A stretch of DNA of 63,973 nt, filler included, from Diploschistes diacapsis (lineage: Eukaryota), in the NCBI GenBank assembly GCA_023645945.1. It is 6 parts of 6 records of this genome, joined end to end, with 100 filler letters (N's around TTAATTAATTAA, not from the genome) between each part and the next. Parts side by side here need not be neighbours in the genome. Positions count along the whole stretch, not along the records: positions 43,122 to 53,765 come from JALAIB010000905.1; positions 53,866 to 63,973 come from JALAIB010000959.1; 4 more parts are not named here. One strand, given 5' to 3'. Under the pieces are notes generated by a model. It worked only from the letters and a program-made list of their open reading frames with translations, was not told the origin of the DNA and made no database searches. The stretch's first letter is position 1, and each line of letters opens with the position of its first letter. Positions 47,049 to 59,560 of this stretch are shown one piece after another. The position numbers were made by a program, and so were the translations under genes.

Positions 47049-47652
47049 TGTAACAGCGGGGGAAGTGCCTAATAGGTAGCGCTATCCCACTGAGCCAAAA
47101 GACTGAACACAATGCTTTCAGGAACCCCGAAGCACTGTTTCCCTATTACAATATATGTAGGTACGTGGCTGTGGTAATAGAAGGACCTAAACCCCGATAC
47201 GTATATTACGGGCGTTATAGCTATCTTTTTTTCCATAATATTAACCTTTAGTACCTATTACGTCTCACATAACGGCCCGGATATGTTAGATACCTTAAAT
47301 CGTTTCTAACACCTACGTTATAAACTCAAAAACGAGGTTATTTAGCCGCATTTAGGACTAACCGCATATTCTTATATAACGATTACCCCGTAGGGTAATA
47401 TACTTAACCGTAGCGTAATAAATTCGATATATTATTTACGCTCGTGCTCGAATCAATGACCTAAGGAATGAAAGTATAATTATAATAGCGGAGATAGTAT
47501 CTAATAGGTAACAACTATCCCATTAAGGCAAAAGATTGAATACAATGCTTTCAAAAACCCCGAAGCACTGTTTCCCTGTTACACTATATGTAGGTGCGTG
47601 GCTGTGGCAGCAGGGGGCCCTGAACCCCGGTGCGCACACTGCGGGCGTTACA
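47049..47652 (-). mobile_element. TRIM-like mini LTR element: two 171-172 bp direct repeats (47049-47219, 47481-47652) around a 261-bp core
   Basis: Repeats bounded by TGTAAC...GTTACA and differing mainly by transitions. Minus-strand PPT-like GGAAAAAAAGATAGC abuts the 47219 end. Confidence 0.7.
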
Positions 47653-47659
47653 AAAGAAA

Positions 47660-47973
47660 CTTGCTTTCGAATTTTCTTAAATTTTTCTCAAGTACCTAAT
47701 ATGGGATTAAATATTTAAGAAAAATGGTCCCCGCTGAAAATCGCGGTTACGGATGCGGCAACTGTATCTTCGTTTTTTTTCGTCTTCTCTTATGGGCCCC
47801 AGGAAAATTAATTTTTTTTAAAAAAAAAATACCAATAAATAATTAAAGCTCTGAAAAGCTATTACGTGCTTTTCTTAAATCTTTAAAAACGTTTTCGTAG
47901 AAATATAAAGGCTAAAAAAGTTATTTTTTAATAAGAAATAAGGGGGACCTAATTACTTTAGCATAGTACTGTA
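47660..47973. mobile_element. Tc1/mariner-like terminal fragment
   Basis: Ends GGACCTAATTACTTTAGCATAGTACTG|TA; similar to 43860-44161 (e.g. tccccgct.aaaatcg block). Confidence 0.6.
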
Positions 47974-49312
47974 TACATACATACTCCACGATCATTGGAC
48001 AGTAGCAAGTAGCAACTCTCCAAGGATGGAATCTTCGAGTCTTTCTTCTTCCTTTCCGGCGCACCATTTCCTGTCGAAAGCATGTCGATCAAGGGCCTTG
48101 CATGCAATGGGTAATCCCGCCTTCGACCCGGCTGACGTTCGATCCTGCAGGGCTTTTGCTGGACTCCGGTCCAGAGTAAAATTATACACTTCGCTTGTGC
48201 ACCTTCCGCAGGTCCAAGTTTCTATCTATCGTTACCACCTTACCGTCCGGGCGGGGGGGGGGCGAGGCTGCCTATAATTATTGTTGAACGGATAGACTAA
48301 CCCCACCACGCCCACACCCACGCCCACATACTCAAGACGCTGATGTCCCATGTTCATGTTCAGCTTTTCTTTTCCCTCTCGGCATTTCCATCGATGTGAT
48401 GTCGTAGGCTATCCTACCCACCTACATGCCCACCTATCTGTCCATCTTTCTACCTTTTATCATCTGTGCAAAGTCAATTCAAGTCCTGAGATTTGTTGAT
48501 TCTTTTTCACCGCAAGGCCGGTCTCCCCTTATCTACCGCGTGCTAGCTACTCTGCGTTCAATGCCATCCACTACAATCCCGCACCTCGCGACCCTCCCGG
48601 TGCTTTAGCCTGTTAGGGCCAGAATTGGCCGAAGCCGAGTTCAAATTTCCACGTGCTTTTCGCGTGCTCTGTCTCGTTCTGTACCAAGTACCACGCTGTG
48701 CTTCCTGAAGCTCCGGCCTCTAGTTTTCTTTCTCGGAATATCCTTGGGTGCCTGTGCTCACTCTTCACCGAACATTTGGTTGCCGCAGTGCGCCCCTTCA
48801 TTTCGAGATCCTTAGGTTGTTCTTCCTTCTACCTTGCACACCAGCCCGCATCATCCATATACTTTTGGAATCGACCCGCGCCTGTTAGGGTGCTTGAACT
48901 CCAGTCCTTCCAAACCTTCTTTTCGATTCATACATGTGGACACGGCCATATTTTCACGAATTTCAATTCTAGCGGTCGACGGTGACCTTCTTTTTTCCCG
49001 GAGAGAGTACGCAGTGGCGACAACGCGTGCATCAGCTGGCTGTGATTTACATTTCCTCTTCGAGGTTGTCGCAAATTACAACGGATTGTATCCCGAATCC
49101 GTGATCAACTGGGCAAAGCGAGACGAAACGGTCGAACCACCTAAGAAACCTCATACGGCCGATTCTTGCGCAGCGCTAGCGAAAGCTCCGGACCCCTCTG
49201 AAGGGTTATCGTCGTCGATTCACGGCATTGAGAGCGGTGGGGGCTGAGATACTCCGGATCGTCACGATCAGTCGGCTTTACCCTTTGTGCTGCGCTCGCT
49301 TTCATGCAGAAG

Positions 49313-50088
49313 ATGTCGGGCAAAACGACGCTGTACAAGCTTGTGGTTCTTGGCGATGGAGGAGTTGGGAAAACTGCTCTGACTATTCAAGTAAGCGGCC
49401 CCTGAAAGCTTGGCCACCCCGGACGCTGAACTGTCAAAAGCTCTGCTTGAACCACTTTGTAGAGACATACGACCCTACCATCGAAGATTCGTATCGGAAA
49501 CAAGTCGTGATTGATACGCAGTCGTGCATGCTTGAAGTCTTAGACACTGCTGGGCAGGAAGAGTATACAGCCCTTCGTGATCAATGGATTCGAGATGGGG
49601 AGGGGTTCGTTCTGGTGTACAGCATTACGTCCAGGGCTTCGTTTTCCCGGCTCGGAAAGTTTTATAATCAGATCCAACGCGTGAAAGATTCAGCAAATGC
49701 CGGGTCTCCAACCTCGGCCGGTTATCTCGCATCGCCCATGTCTCCCACAATGGGTGGCTTTGCCGGTCCTGCGCCAGTCATGCTCGTCGGTAACAAAAGC
49801 GACCGCGTTACCGAACGCGAAGTATCGACACAAGAAGGAGGCGCTCTGGCGAAAGAGTTGGGTTGCGACTTTGTTGAAGCGTCGGCTAAGAACAATATCA
49901 ATGTCGACAAAGCCTTCTATGATGTTGTTCGAAAACTTCGGAAACAGCGTCAGGAATTCGTACGCGGAGATCAGAAAAGGAATACAAACTTGGGGCCCGT
50001 GGGCAGCTTCCCTAACCACGATTCGATCCGTCCTGGCATGCGCAAAGGTCATAGCAAGTCAGGAAAAAGCAAATGCGCGATGCTTTGA
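49313..50088 (+). CDS. RAS2: Ras-family GTPase Ras2/RasB; exons 49313-49390 and 49441-50088
   Basis: LYKLVVLGDGGVGKTALTIQ, YDPTIEDSY, DTAGQEEY, NKSD, EASAK, RasB-type insert, CAAX end KCAML. Confidence 0.95.
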
Positions 50089-51264
50089 GCAATCACTGCT
50101 CAAAGGGCTCATGAGGCTGTCAAGTTCTGACTATTCCTACAATGGCTTACGACGTGCATGGCATGGCTGTCGACGTCAAGGGAGCATTGCCCCGGGACCC
50201 TCTTCATCGAATGAATGGACCTGGCATTTCCCGTTACATCGCATTGGTGGCTGCTGACAATACCTATAGAGAACTGGTATCACCACGCTCAAAGCGGACC
50301 GATTCCGAACTTTTCTCACGATTGATCTGTTTTCATCATGGAGTTCATGATAGTCCGAAACGAGGAGGTTATATGGAAGCGCATGGATGGGCGAATGAAC
50401 CGGCATTTTAGGCGTATAGTAGATTTATAGACGGGGGTTAGCATCTTATGGAGCTCATGGCGTGGGCGGCAATACCCTTAACATTTGACTGTGTACAGAG
50501 TGAAGGGCACAGGCTCGAGAAAGAAAGATCCGTGGAAGGTTATATTGTACAAAAAGCTGCCTGTTTGTAACGAGCATGGTATCCCAGAAGCTTCCCCACG
50601 GCCCAGCCCGTTATGCTACTGTCCATTGGTGGCTTTTGTCTCACTGATAGTGCTACTGACCGACCACTGATGAATTTAAGAACGAATGTGTCTCAACATA
50701 TTCGAGATTGTCTTCCCAACACAAACTCCTGGTCTAAAAGTGCCCATAACCTTCCAGGTAGTTGGAACAATGTTCCCCCCTACAGACCCATAAACAGTTG
50801 AAGGGATGTGTCAGAGCCAGGATTACAGACATGCAACGCCTGAGGGTCTTAGGAGAGCTGTGCGAGCCAGAAACCCGGTGCCCCGGGTTTGAAAAAAATT
50901 CATGTATTTTTCTGGCCAATGAAGCTCAAACAGTAACCGACCAATCATAAAAACACATATCATCTGACAAAGCGTTTTCTGCCAAGCCTGCCAAGCCAGC
51001 CCTGGCTTAACGTCACTCGCGCGTGTCCGCTCAATGGGCTTTCAGCAGGCTGAACGGCTGTGTGAATTCGAACAGTCAGTCCATATAAGTCAGCAAGTAC
51101 CTCCTCGTCTCCGAACATGTTAACTGGCATTTTCCCATCTAGAGCTTTGTTGTTATTCAGCCCAATCGTTGCAGCCACTTCGCCTGCGATAACTCTGGAA
51201 CGAATTGTAGCCGCAAGAATAAATCTGGAAAAGTCACACGTTTCGTGGGAGGCGTAGGCGCGCA

Positions 51265-53182
51265 ATGGAGCCAACGGGCCTACGACGAAAGGACACCACC
51301 AAGGGACTGCCGTTACGGGTTCTTTCGCTGGGTAAGTTACTTACTGCTAGACTTTGGGGCTGGTCTACAGTACTGATCAGGGTTGTAGATGGCGGAGGGG
51401 TACGAGGCTACTCGATGCTTATCCTGCTGCAGGAACTCATGTACAAAACGTACAATGAGACTGAAGGGAAGCCGCCGACCAGAGATCAAATACCGAAGCC
51501 GTGCGACTACTTCGACTTGATCGCGGGAACCGGGACCGGTGGACTTATCGCCATTATGCTGGGTCGTTTACGGCTCGATTTGGAAACGTGCAAGGACGTC
51601 TACGTGCGCATGACCAGGAAAGTCTTCGAGACCGACAAGACCTTTGCCGGCATACCATATAGATCGACGCTTTTCAAAGCGTCAAAGCTTGAGGAAGCTA
51701 TCCGGGAGTGCGTGCGGGAGCATACAATATTCGAGGACGAAGGTAATGATGGCGCAGACGCTGCGACTAGGGATATTCCAATGAGCCCATCGCCAAGCGT
51801 GCTTGGCGGTCCTCATAAACGTCAATCTTTTACTTCCTCGATGCACAACGGGTGCGAGGCAATGTCCCCTAGGAGTTCGTACTCCGGTCAGCGCTGGGGC
51901 AATGCGAATGCTCTTTTGTACGACAGTCGGGAAAACCGGACCAAAACGTAGGTGATTTCCTATTCGCCAGGCTTATTCATCTTAACCCAGTTTCAGTGCT
52001 GTCACGGCCGTATACAAAGGAACGTCTGTGAAAGGTGATTCAACGCTCCTTCGCTCCTACGATTCGCGGAAAGAACCTGCTCCCGAATTCAATTGCACCA
52101 TATGGCAGGCGGGTAGGGCCACCTCAGCTACTGCCGTTGCCTTCAAGCCGATACAGATCGGTCAGTCTGTATTCATCGACGAGGGGGCGGGCAAGTATAA
52201 TCCGTCCCCTCAGATTCTAGACGAGGCCGTCATAAACGAATGGCCGGGTAGAGATCTCGGGGTCTTCGTAAGCATAGGCACGGGCAAGCGACCGGCGTCG
52301 ACCTCGAACAGAAATCAACACGAATGGTGGGAAGGATTCATGGGCGGGGGCATCGGCGAGTTCGCAGAAGCCAGGAGGAGGTTAATCTCAAAGATAGAGG
52401 GCTGCGAAGACACCCACCAGTATATGCTGAACGAGCACTTGCCGAAACGTGGGGTGAACAGGGATAATTATTATCGCCTCAATGTTGAAGTTGGGGTGGG
52501 AGAGTTTGGCATGAACGAATGGCAGCGGCTGGCGGATATAAGTACCAGCACACGACGATATTTGGCCAAAGGCGAAGTCAAGAGGATGAATGAAGACGCG
52601 GCAGCTAAGCTCGGGAAAATAGAGAGGGCCAAACGAAGGCATGCTTTTCAGACCACGAAAAGGGAGCTTGACGAAACCAACGTTCCTCCTCCGCTCGAAA
52701 CCTTGGCCGTCGAGCTCCCTGGAGACGAAGGGCGTGTCTACCAAAACCCTCGCGCCAACAATCTCCACAGTTCACGGTACACGGACGTCTCATCGCCGCA
52801 GGACAAGTTTTCCATCGTATCTCTCGTCGAGTCTCAACGGAGCTCCGCAGTCGGTGCCTCGCCACGGAGATCAATAGAACAGGGCCAAGGCATCGACAAC
52901 CGTCTGTCGGCAGCTGGTGGGTCCTCCGGGCCATCACCGCGACGAAGTCACGAGAGCCAAATGAGTCCGGACGGAGCAGGACAAGCGCCACCGCTGCCTC
53001 CGAAAACTCCGATTCAGAGCAATCGGGTGCCGATGACGGGTACGGTGCCCAATACGCCCGTCAGCCCCCTTTACAACTTCCAACCAAGACACAATACGGT
53101 GCCGAGGCTACCGTACCCCGACGACGATGGGCCCCCGCCAGTGGTGAATATGGCTGGGAAGCCGGAATTTAGACCGAGGTGA
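51265..53182 (+). CDS. Patatin-like (iPLA2-gamma-like) protein with degenerate catalytic motifs; introns at about 51332-51388 and 51948-51996
   Basis: LRVLSLDGGGVRG, PCDYFDLIAGTGTGGLIAIMLG, IWQAGRATSA, FIDEG, VSIGTG, YYRLNV; Pro-rich tail. Confidence 0.9.
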
Positions 53183-53765
53183 TGTACGAAAACTGTTACT
53201 GGTAGATACTATTCTCGGTCCTGATAGCAGGGCGTTGGGTGTGGGCAGACATGAGCGACGAGCGACGATACCACGGGATACGTTGAGCCGGCAAACACGG
53301 GCTACCCTAATGAAATACAGTTGCAAGCTCATAGTTTACGATACATGAACTTCCGTACACTGCAGCGGCCTCTGCGCTGCGCCTTACCTGCATTGGGCAA
53401 GACCATAACCGAAGCAGACTATCCAGCTCTTTCTACCTACTTCTGCCAACTCAAATCGAGCTGCAAAACGTTCCGGGGAAAGGGCGGCTAACTAGATTGT
53501 CTTGCTCCTCGGTCGCCAAATTTCGGGGGCTGGGGGCGTGGCAAGCTGCGAGTCCTTAAATAGCTCGTTCAGGTGTGTGGAGGGGCATCCTTGCACAGAG
53601 ACCAAGAACTCGAAGGCTACCCAGCAGGCAACTGTCATCGTACAAACAACATGAAATAAACGATTGCAGCTCCCTCAGAGATGAGAACGATCAGCCTTGG
53701 GCGAGGAATGTATTAGGGGCAGGAAGGATGTGATAGCATGGTGGCCCCCGGGCCCCGGGGGGGCG

Positions 53766-53865
53766 NNNNNNNNNNNNNNNNNNNNNNNNNNNNNNNNNNN
53801 NNNNNNNNNTTAATTAATTAANNNNNNNNNNNNNNNNNNNNNNNNNNNNNNNNNNNNNNNNNNNN
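53766..53865. other. Artificial contig linker
   Basis: N44-TTAATTAATTAA-N44. Confidence 0.97.
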
Positions 53866-55100
53866 ATTGTATAATCGCTGGGCTTGTATTTTAACAAATT
53901 TATAATTAAATTCCCGTTAAATACGTTCCGATAATTAAAGATATAAAGAAATAAAATATATTTTATATTTATATATTCAAGACGTATCGACACGGTTTCG
54001 ATAGAAATACGTTCATATTTCGTATTAAATAAAACGAGTATAAAAACGTTCAGATTTTCGGCGGTAATTTTATAGAATTCTTCCGGTAATAATAATTCAT
54101 GTTCTTTATTTATAAGAATGAAACGTTAGATACGATTATAGTTATAATTAATTCGAGCTATTTTTAATTTTAAGATATTTAGAATAATCGGACTTCCTAT
54201 TTTATCGATAAAATAATAAATAATCTCGAATTCTTTATTTATTTCGTATTCGTCCCGTATAGCGAGCGTAACGCGATATATCTCGTAATAATATAACTTG
54301 AATCCGTTTATAAATTTTAAATACGGTAGGTCTACGTTTTACAGCCGTATAAGTTACGTTTTAATTACGAATTTCTTGTTAATAATATTGTATTCCGTGT
54401 TAGTATCGAGGTCAATCATTATAGAACGAATTTTCTTAAATTCTTAAAATTTAGCGTAGGCAGTTATACTGAACTTAATTTTTAAAAATAAACGATCTAC
54501 CGATATAAAGAATATCGACGACTTCTGAAGTTTTTTAAACCCTATAGGTTTAAAACATCGATTTTGTTTATATCGATAGCAGATATCTCGTCACCCGCAG
54601 CCAGGTCGGGGCAATTTAGGATAATATGTCCTTCCTAATTGCACTTGAAACAGACCATCGTTATGGATCTTCTTAACCCGTTACGTTCTCTTTATCTTCT
54701 TTCGGACCCTTTACGGTTATAAATTGGAACCTTAGCGGAACTTTTTCGGGCGTCTTTCGTTTCCTTTTGTCAGATTATTAACCTAAATGGGTTAGTCTAT
54801 CTGACTAGTTAACACTAGTAGGACCCTGAAGGTTCTTTAACCCTTCAGGACACGCCATTAACAACTGTTGAACATCCTACTAACTATAGTCAAACATCCT
54901 ACTAATAATTATGGACTACTAATATGGTCTAGATCATTAAATCATTAATCTAAGTATTAAATTAATAATCTAATAATACTAAACCCATAAATACGAGATA
55001 AGTGGAAATTAACTCCACTATTATGTTAGATTATAAGACGTATGATGTTGAATTATAAATCCAACATTATCAGAGATTAAAATGTATCTATAAAAGACCT
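53866..55100 (-). mobile_element. RIP-degraded Ty3/gypsy gag-protease relic
   Basis: Minus-strand zinc knuckle CFKCN*EGHIILNC (54652-54611) followed by a protease-like remnant; extreme TpA enrichment. Right boundary approximate. Confidence 0.7.
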
Positions 55101-55291
55101 CTCACCTCCCATCTTTACTAACGCTATCTTCATTCACTACCTCCTACAATAGTAATACATTACTATTGTACTTAGCATTATTTCCCTAGTCATTACTTGC
55201 CTATTTAGTCACCCCACTTCCACATTTCCAACAAATAGAATATAATTTTCCATTTGTCTCGTTGTCGCTTCACGAATCTGCTCAAGAAAGC

Positions 55292-57825
55292 ATGTCAACT
55301 AATCAGAGGCGGAAGCTGTACGTTGGCGTCGACTATGGAACCACGTTCTCAGGTAATCTGGAATTGTCAATCGTCCATTGATACTTGAAGCGCTGAATGT
55401 CCAGGTATATCCTTTGTTTCCTCCACTGCCACAGACTGGAGAGAAATTGAAATCATTCGATCATGGCCTGGTCAGTCTGGGATGAACTGGGACAAAGTTC
55501 CCTCAAAGATTGCCTATCTGAAAGCAGACCATGCTCAAGCACAAGCGCAAGGCCGAAAGATCATGCGTTGGGGTTTCGAAGCCAAAGTATCGTCTTCGTA
55601 CGATGTTTGCTCTTGGACAAAGCTATTACTCGATCAGACCCGGGAGATTGAAGAGAATGACGTCGCGACAAGCTCTTCACTACACGAACAGGAACTTCTG
55701 TGGACGCCAGTCGGTAGAACGGCGCAGGACATTGTGTCTGATTACCTTGGGGAGCTCTACTTGCACTGTATGGAGATACTTTCGAAGAACTACGAAGAGG
55801 CTCTGCTCAAACTCACTCCAATCGAGTTTTTCTTTACTGTTCCTGCAGTTTGGCCACCGCGTGCGAGAAAGGCAACAGAGCAGGCCGCAATCTCTGCTGG
55901 CTTTGGTTCCAGATCTGGAGATACTATCAAGGTTCGTAACAACCACTTCCAGCAGCCTTGCATCTCAAGCGTTAGCGACTGCTATGTATGCGCTATCTTA
56001 TAGTTCTGTCTGAAGAGACCCACGGCTTGGCCTGCCATGAGAAACTGATACGTTGTTTCGACAGCTTGTTACGGAGCCCGAAGCCGGAGTTCTTGCCGCG
56101 CTTGAAAGCAATAAAGAAGCGCTCAAAGGAGCATTGAATGTAAACAGCAGTCCTAAAAAGTGATTCGAGCGAGTGTTGACAATGACTAGTACAGCCCGAA
56201 TTCGGCAACCAGAGTAGGTCCTTGTGCTTGTAGAAGCAACTTATGCTAATACACTGACTCCCAAAAGGCTGGGAAAGGTCTACTGGTGTGCGATTGTGGT
56301 GGTGGAACGGTAGTTAGTTTACATCTCATACAACAGAAGCATTCAATTTGTCAGACTAATAATAAATAGGACCTAATAAGCTATGCTATAGAAAGCATTG
56401 AACCTAGGCTGGACCTGGATGAGATTTGCCCAGGTGATGGTAAGCTTGGTTTGCAGCTCTAATCAGAGCGAATCTGATTCACCACGAATACGGATTGTCA
56501 GTGAGGTCTTAGCTGACAGAGCTTCAGGCAAGAAATGCGGTTCAACGTTCGTCGACCGGGAGTTTCTCATGCTAATGGGCCGGCGCTTTGGACGAGCATT
56601 CGACAATCTACCCCTAGATCGCAGAGGTCCAGGTTCTGCTTTCATGGACGAGTTTCAAAGAATCAAGCACAATTTCACTCCTAGCGATCACGAGGTCCAG
56701 AGAATACGTTTAGACATGGAGCTACAGCCCGACGGCGCAGATAGCAGTATATATGACTTTGATGACAATGAGGTCCTAATATCCTCGTATGCGATCCTCA
56801 AATTCTTTTTTTGAGTGGGTGATACTTACATACGGGCCCAGTAATGATCTCAGGGAGTGTTTTGATCCATGCATCCGCCAAATCATTGACTTGATTAAGA
56901 AACAAGTTCGAGATGTCGAAAACAACAAAAAACCAGAAATCAAGGCAAGCTAAAGCTCTGTCGGTCAACACCTATCCTGACTGGATGCAGGTGATTGTCC
57001 TTCTTGGAGGATTCAGCTGCTCAGCCTATTTGTATGCAAAAGTACGTGAATGGGGTTTGGAACGGGAGATATTGACGATTGCCCCAATTGATGCGTGAGT
57101 ATTTCAGGGAATATGAGAGCATTTACGCTGAAACGGCTCATAGTTGGTCTGCCATCGCTCGAGGTGCCGCTCTAAGAGGACTCGAAGGTTCCAGGATCCG
57201 GACGAGGAGATGTAGACGACACTATGGGTACACTTACGATCGACCTTATGAAGACGACCTTGACAGTGCGCTAGACAGCACATATGAAAAAGATACTAAT
57301 GGAAAGAAGACAAAGATGGTCAAGCATTGTATGCATTGGTTCTTCCACCGAGTGAGCATCCCATAGGCCCTGATAGAACAAAGTCTTCAGTCTAATCGCA
57401 CAAACATAGAACGACGAAGTATTTCAACACACGAAGACACGAAGCAGATTTACGCATCATTACACCCCTTCAAAGGGCAAGAAGTTCGCCGATCTGTCGA
57501 TTTACTATTGCACACTCAGCACTGCTCCGCTAAAGAGAAGTACACGTAGGTCGTCTCGAAGTCCCTCTAATGCTCCAATGAAAACGAAGTTGACATGTTT
57601 GTGTCTACAGAAACAAAGTTGCTCGTGACTGTACATTTTGATCTCTCAAGCATCGTACTATCACCGGATCAAGTCTACAATTTGAAAGGTCGGAAGAGGT
57701 ATCCCATCGACCTGGTTTTAGTTGTCAATCCGGAGAACGATGAGGGGATGATGCAGGTCTCTGTGGAGTATAATGGGTCGAAATGTGGTTCCTCGCAGTT
57801 CCAAATGGAATTTGCCGATGAATAA
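55292..57825 (+). CDS. Atypical Hsp70 (HSPA12-like actin-like ATPase), intron-rich
   Basis: VGVDYGTTFSG, WPG...KVPSKIAY, SWTKLLLD, FTVPAVW, VTEPEA, VCDCGGGTVDL, CGSTFVDREF, LGGFSCSAYL, WSAIARGAALRGL. Confidence 0.87.
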
Positions 57826-59560
57826 CATTCGTCCGGACACTGAACTCCACTGGCAATGGTTGCGACCAGTCACGTTGGTCAAAACCATGCGCTTCGCCTT
57901 TCCATTGGATATATGAGCGCGGTTTCCCTGATAAGCACTGATCAGTGGTATGTAATGAGGTCAGGAATTTAAGAAGATGGTCTATGTAGATTCTGCTAAT
58001 GATGGATCAGTCTGGGAATTGACGCTGATCCATAATGTACTGTTTATTAGTATATTATTTGTTTGCGTGAGGTACCCTCCCTTAGCCAGCACCTCCTCCT
58101 CGAACCATAACTGAGCGCATTGCACCATGTGTCACTCTCCCCTCGGCATGCTCTTTCAATAAGCTGAACAGCCCCGAAGGGATGAGACACCTAGAGGTCT
58201 TCAATCACCCCTCTCCACCTCTGACACGGCGATCCGCTCGTTCACTACAAAGAATATGTTCTGTCGATAGCAGAAAGATAGAGATGATACCATTGCTCTA
58301 TAGGCGCCTGCAGCGGCCATCATATCATTCTAGGCATTTTCGAATAAGTGCAGAATACACCGCTCACCTTAGAGACAATCTACAACGACATCTAGAGCCT
58401 TCTTCGCCTGTTTCTTTTCGCAAGCCGCCAAGATGGAGATCCGAGGAACGGAAGGCATTGAAGCCTGCCCTGTCTTCTAGAACAAGTTCTGTTGCTGCTT
58501 CGGGTGCGGCTGTGGCGCTGCTCTTGCCTCTTGCTTTCTTCTGTGCTTGGAAATTTTGCAACGGCTTAGGGTATCTTGCTATGCTCAGCCATTATCCCTC
58601 TTGAGATTTCATAAGCTATTCTGAGCCAATAGTCCTTTGCTTGGCTTCAACGGTGGTGAGGATCCGGTCAAGCCTCCAGCCGTCCGAGTGGATTATTGTA
58701 GGCTATTTCAGGGCGGCTAGATATGATTGAGCCTGCGTTGATGCTGGTACCAATGTGTCGATCTGGGTGGCTTTGGTATCTCGTGCGTCTTTTCTGAGGT
58801 GAGAATATCTCGGAAACCGAGAGCATTGCGTTCGACTTCGTATCCCGGTTCTGAATACCGCCTCTGGCAAGCAGACTTTGCAGTTGTAGGAAAGAGAAGG
58901 ATTCTGGTGCACCATTGCGGGTGAACACACTCAAAACTGGGGCCCTTGAAACGCTTTTGCTTTCTCAAAAGGTCCAATTCAAGTCTTCTGCCTTTCGCAT
59001 ACTGGGAAGCGGCGTTTTTGTTCGACTTCGCCTTACCTTACAGTCTCTTATCATGAATATGATATCGTCCCCATTTGCTGTGCTCACAATAGCTTCAATA
59101 ACGGAGCCGCCTTTGCCGTGACCAATCCATATATATGTGCATAACTTCTATTGAGCAATGTTGAATACCGTAAATATCGTAATCGTGATTACAAACTGCC
59201 TCTATTATACAGTTACTTGTGCATGCATAACTTGTGCATTACTTCATAACTTCTGGCATTGCTGCATCCCTATACAGATTATGAAATTTATGCGAGTTGT
59301 GCATGATTTTGTATTGCGTAATCTATGCGTTGCTGACAGAGGCCTTTCTCTATACCTCTTCCTCCATTTTCGGAGGACATTTAGATTGTCTTTGGTCACT
59401 ATATCTGAAATACTTAAGGTAGGATGGTTCTCTCGTTTTGCTCGTTCAGATCATTCCGATTTGCTCTCGCATCTACACTGCTTCAGTCAAAGCTTCTGCT
59501 CACTCTGTCACACCTTCCATATACTCAACACCAGACGTAATTAATCTGTTTCTTCCAATC

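Noticed and set aside
49228..49440. N-terminal extension of the 286-aa Ras ORF
   Set aside because: It lacks the P-loop. The true exon 1 (ATG 49313, GDGGVGKT) is in another frame and joins through intron 49391-49440.
5930..50088. Apparent Ras signalling cluster (RasGEF plus Ras2) in one window
   Set aside because: The genes lie on different contigs joined by artificial linkers; co-occurrence is coincidental.
10698..53865. Regularly spaced TTAATTAATTAA palindromes about 10.77 kb apart as a biological periodicity
   Set aside because: Each sits within N runs; it is an assembly spacer and the spacing reflects size-sorted contigs.
58182..59121. Short ORFs between the Hsp70-like and SDR genes
   Set aside because: Fragmentary with no recognisable family; may be a decayed gene but unsupported.
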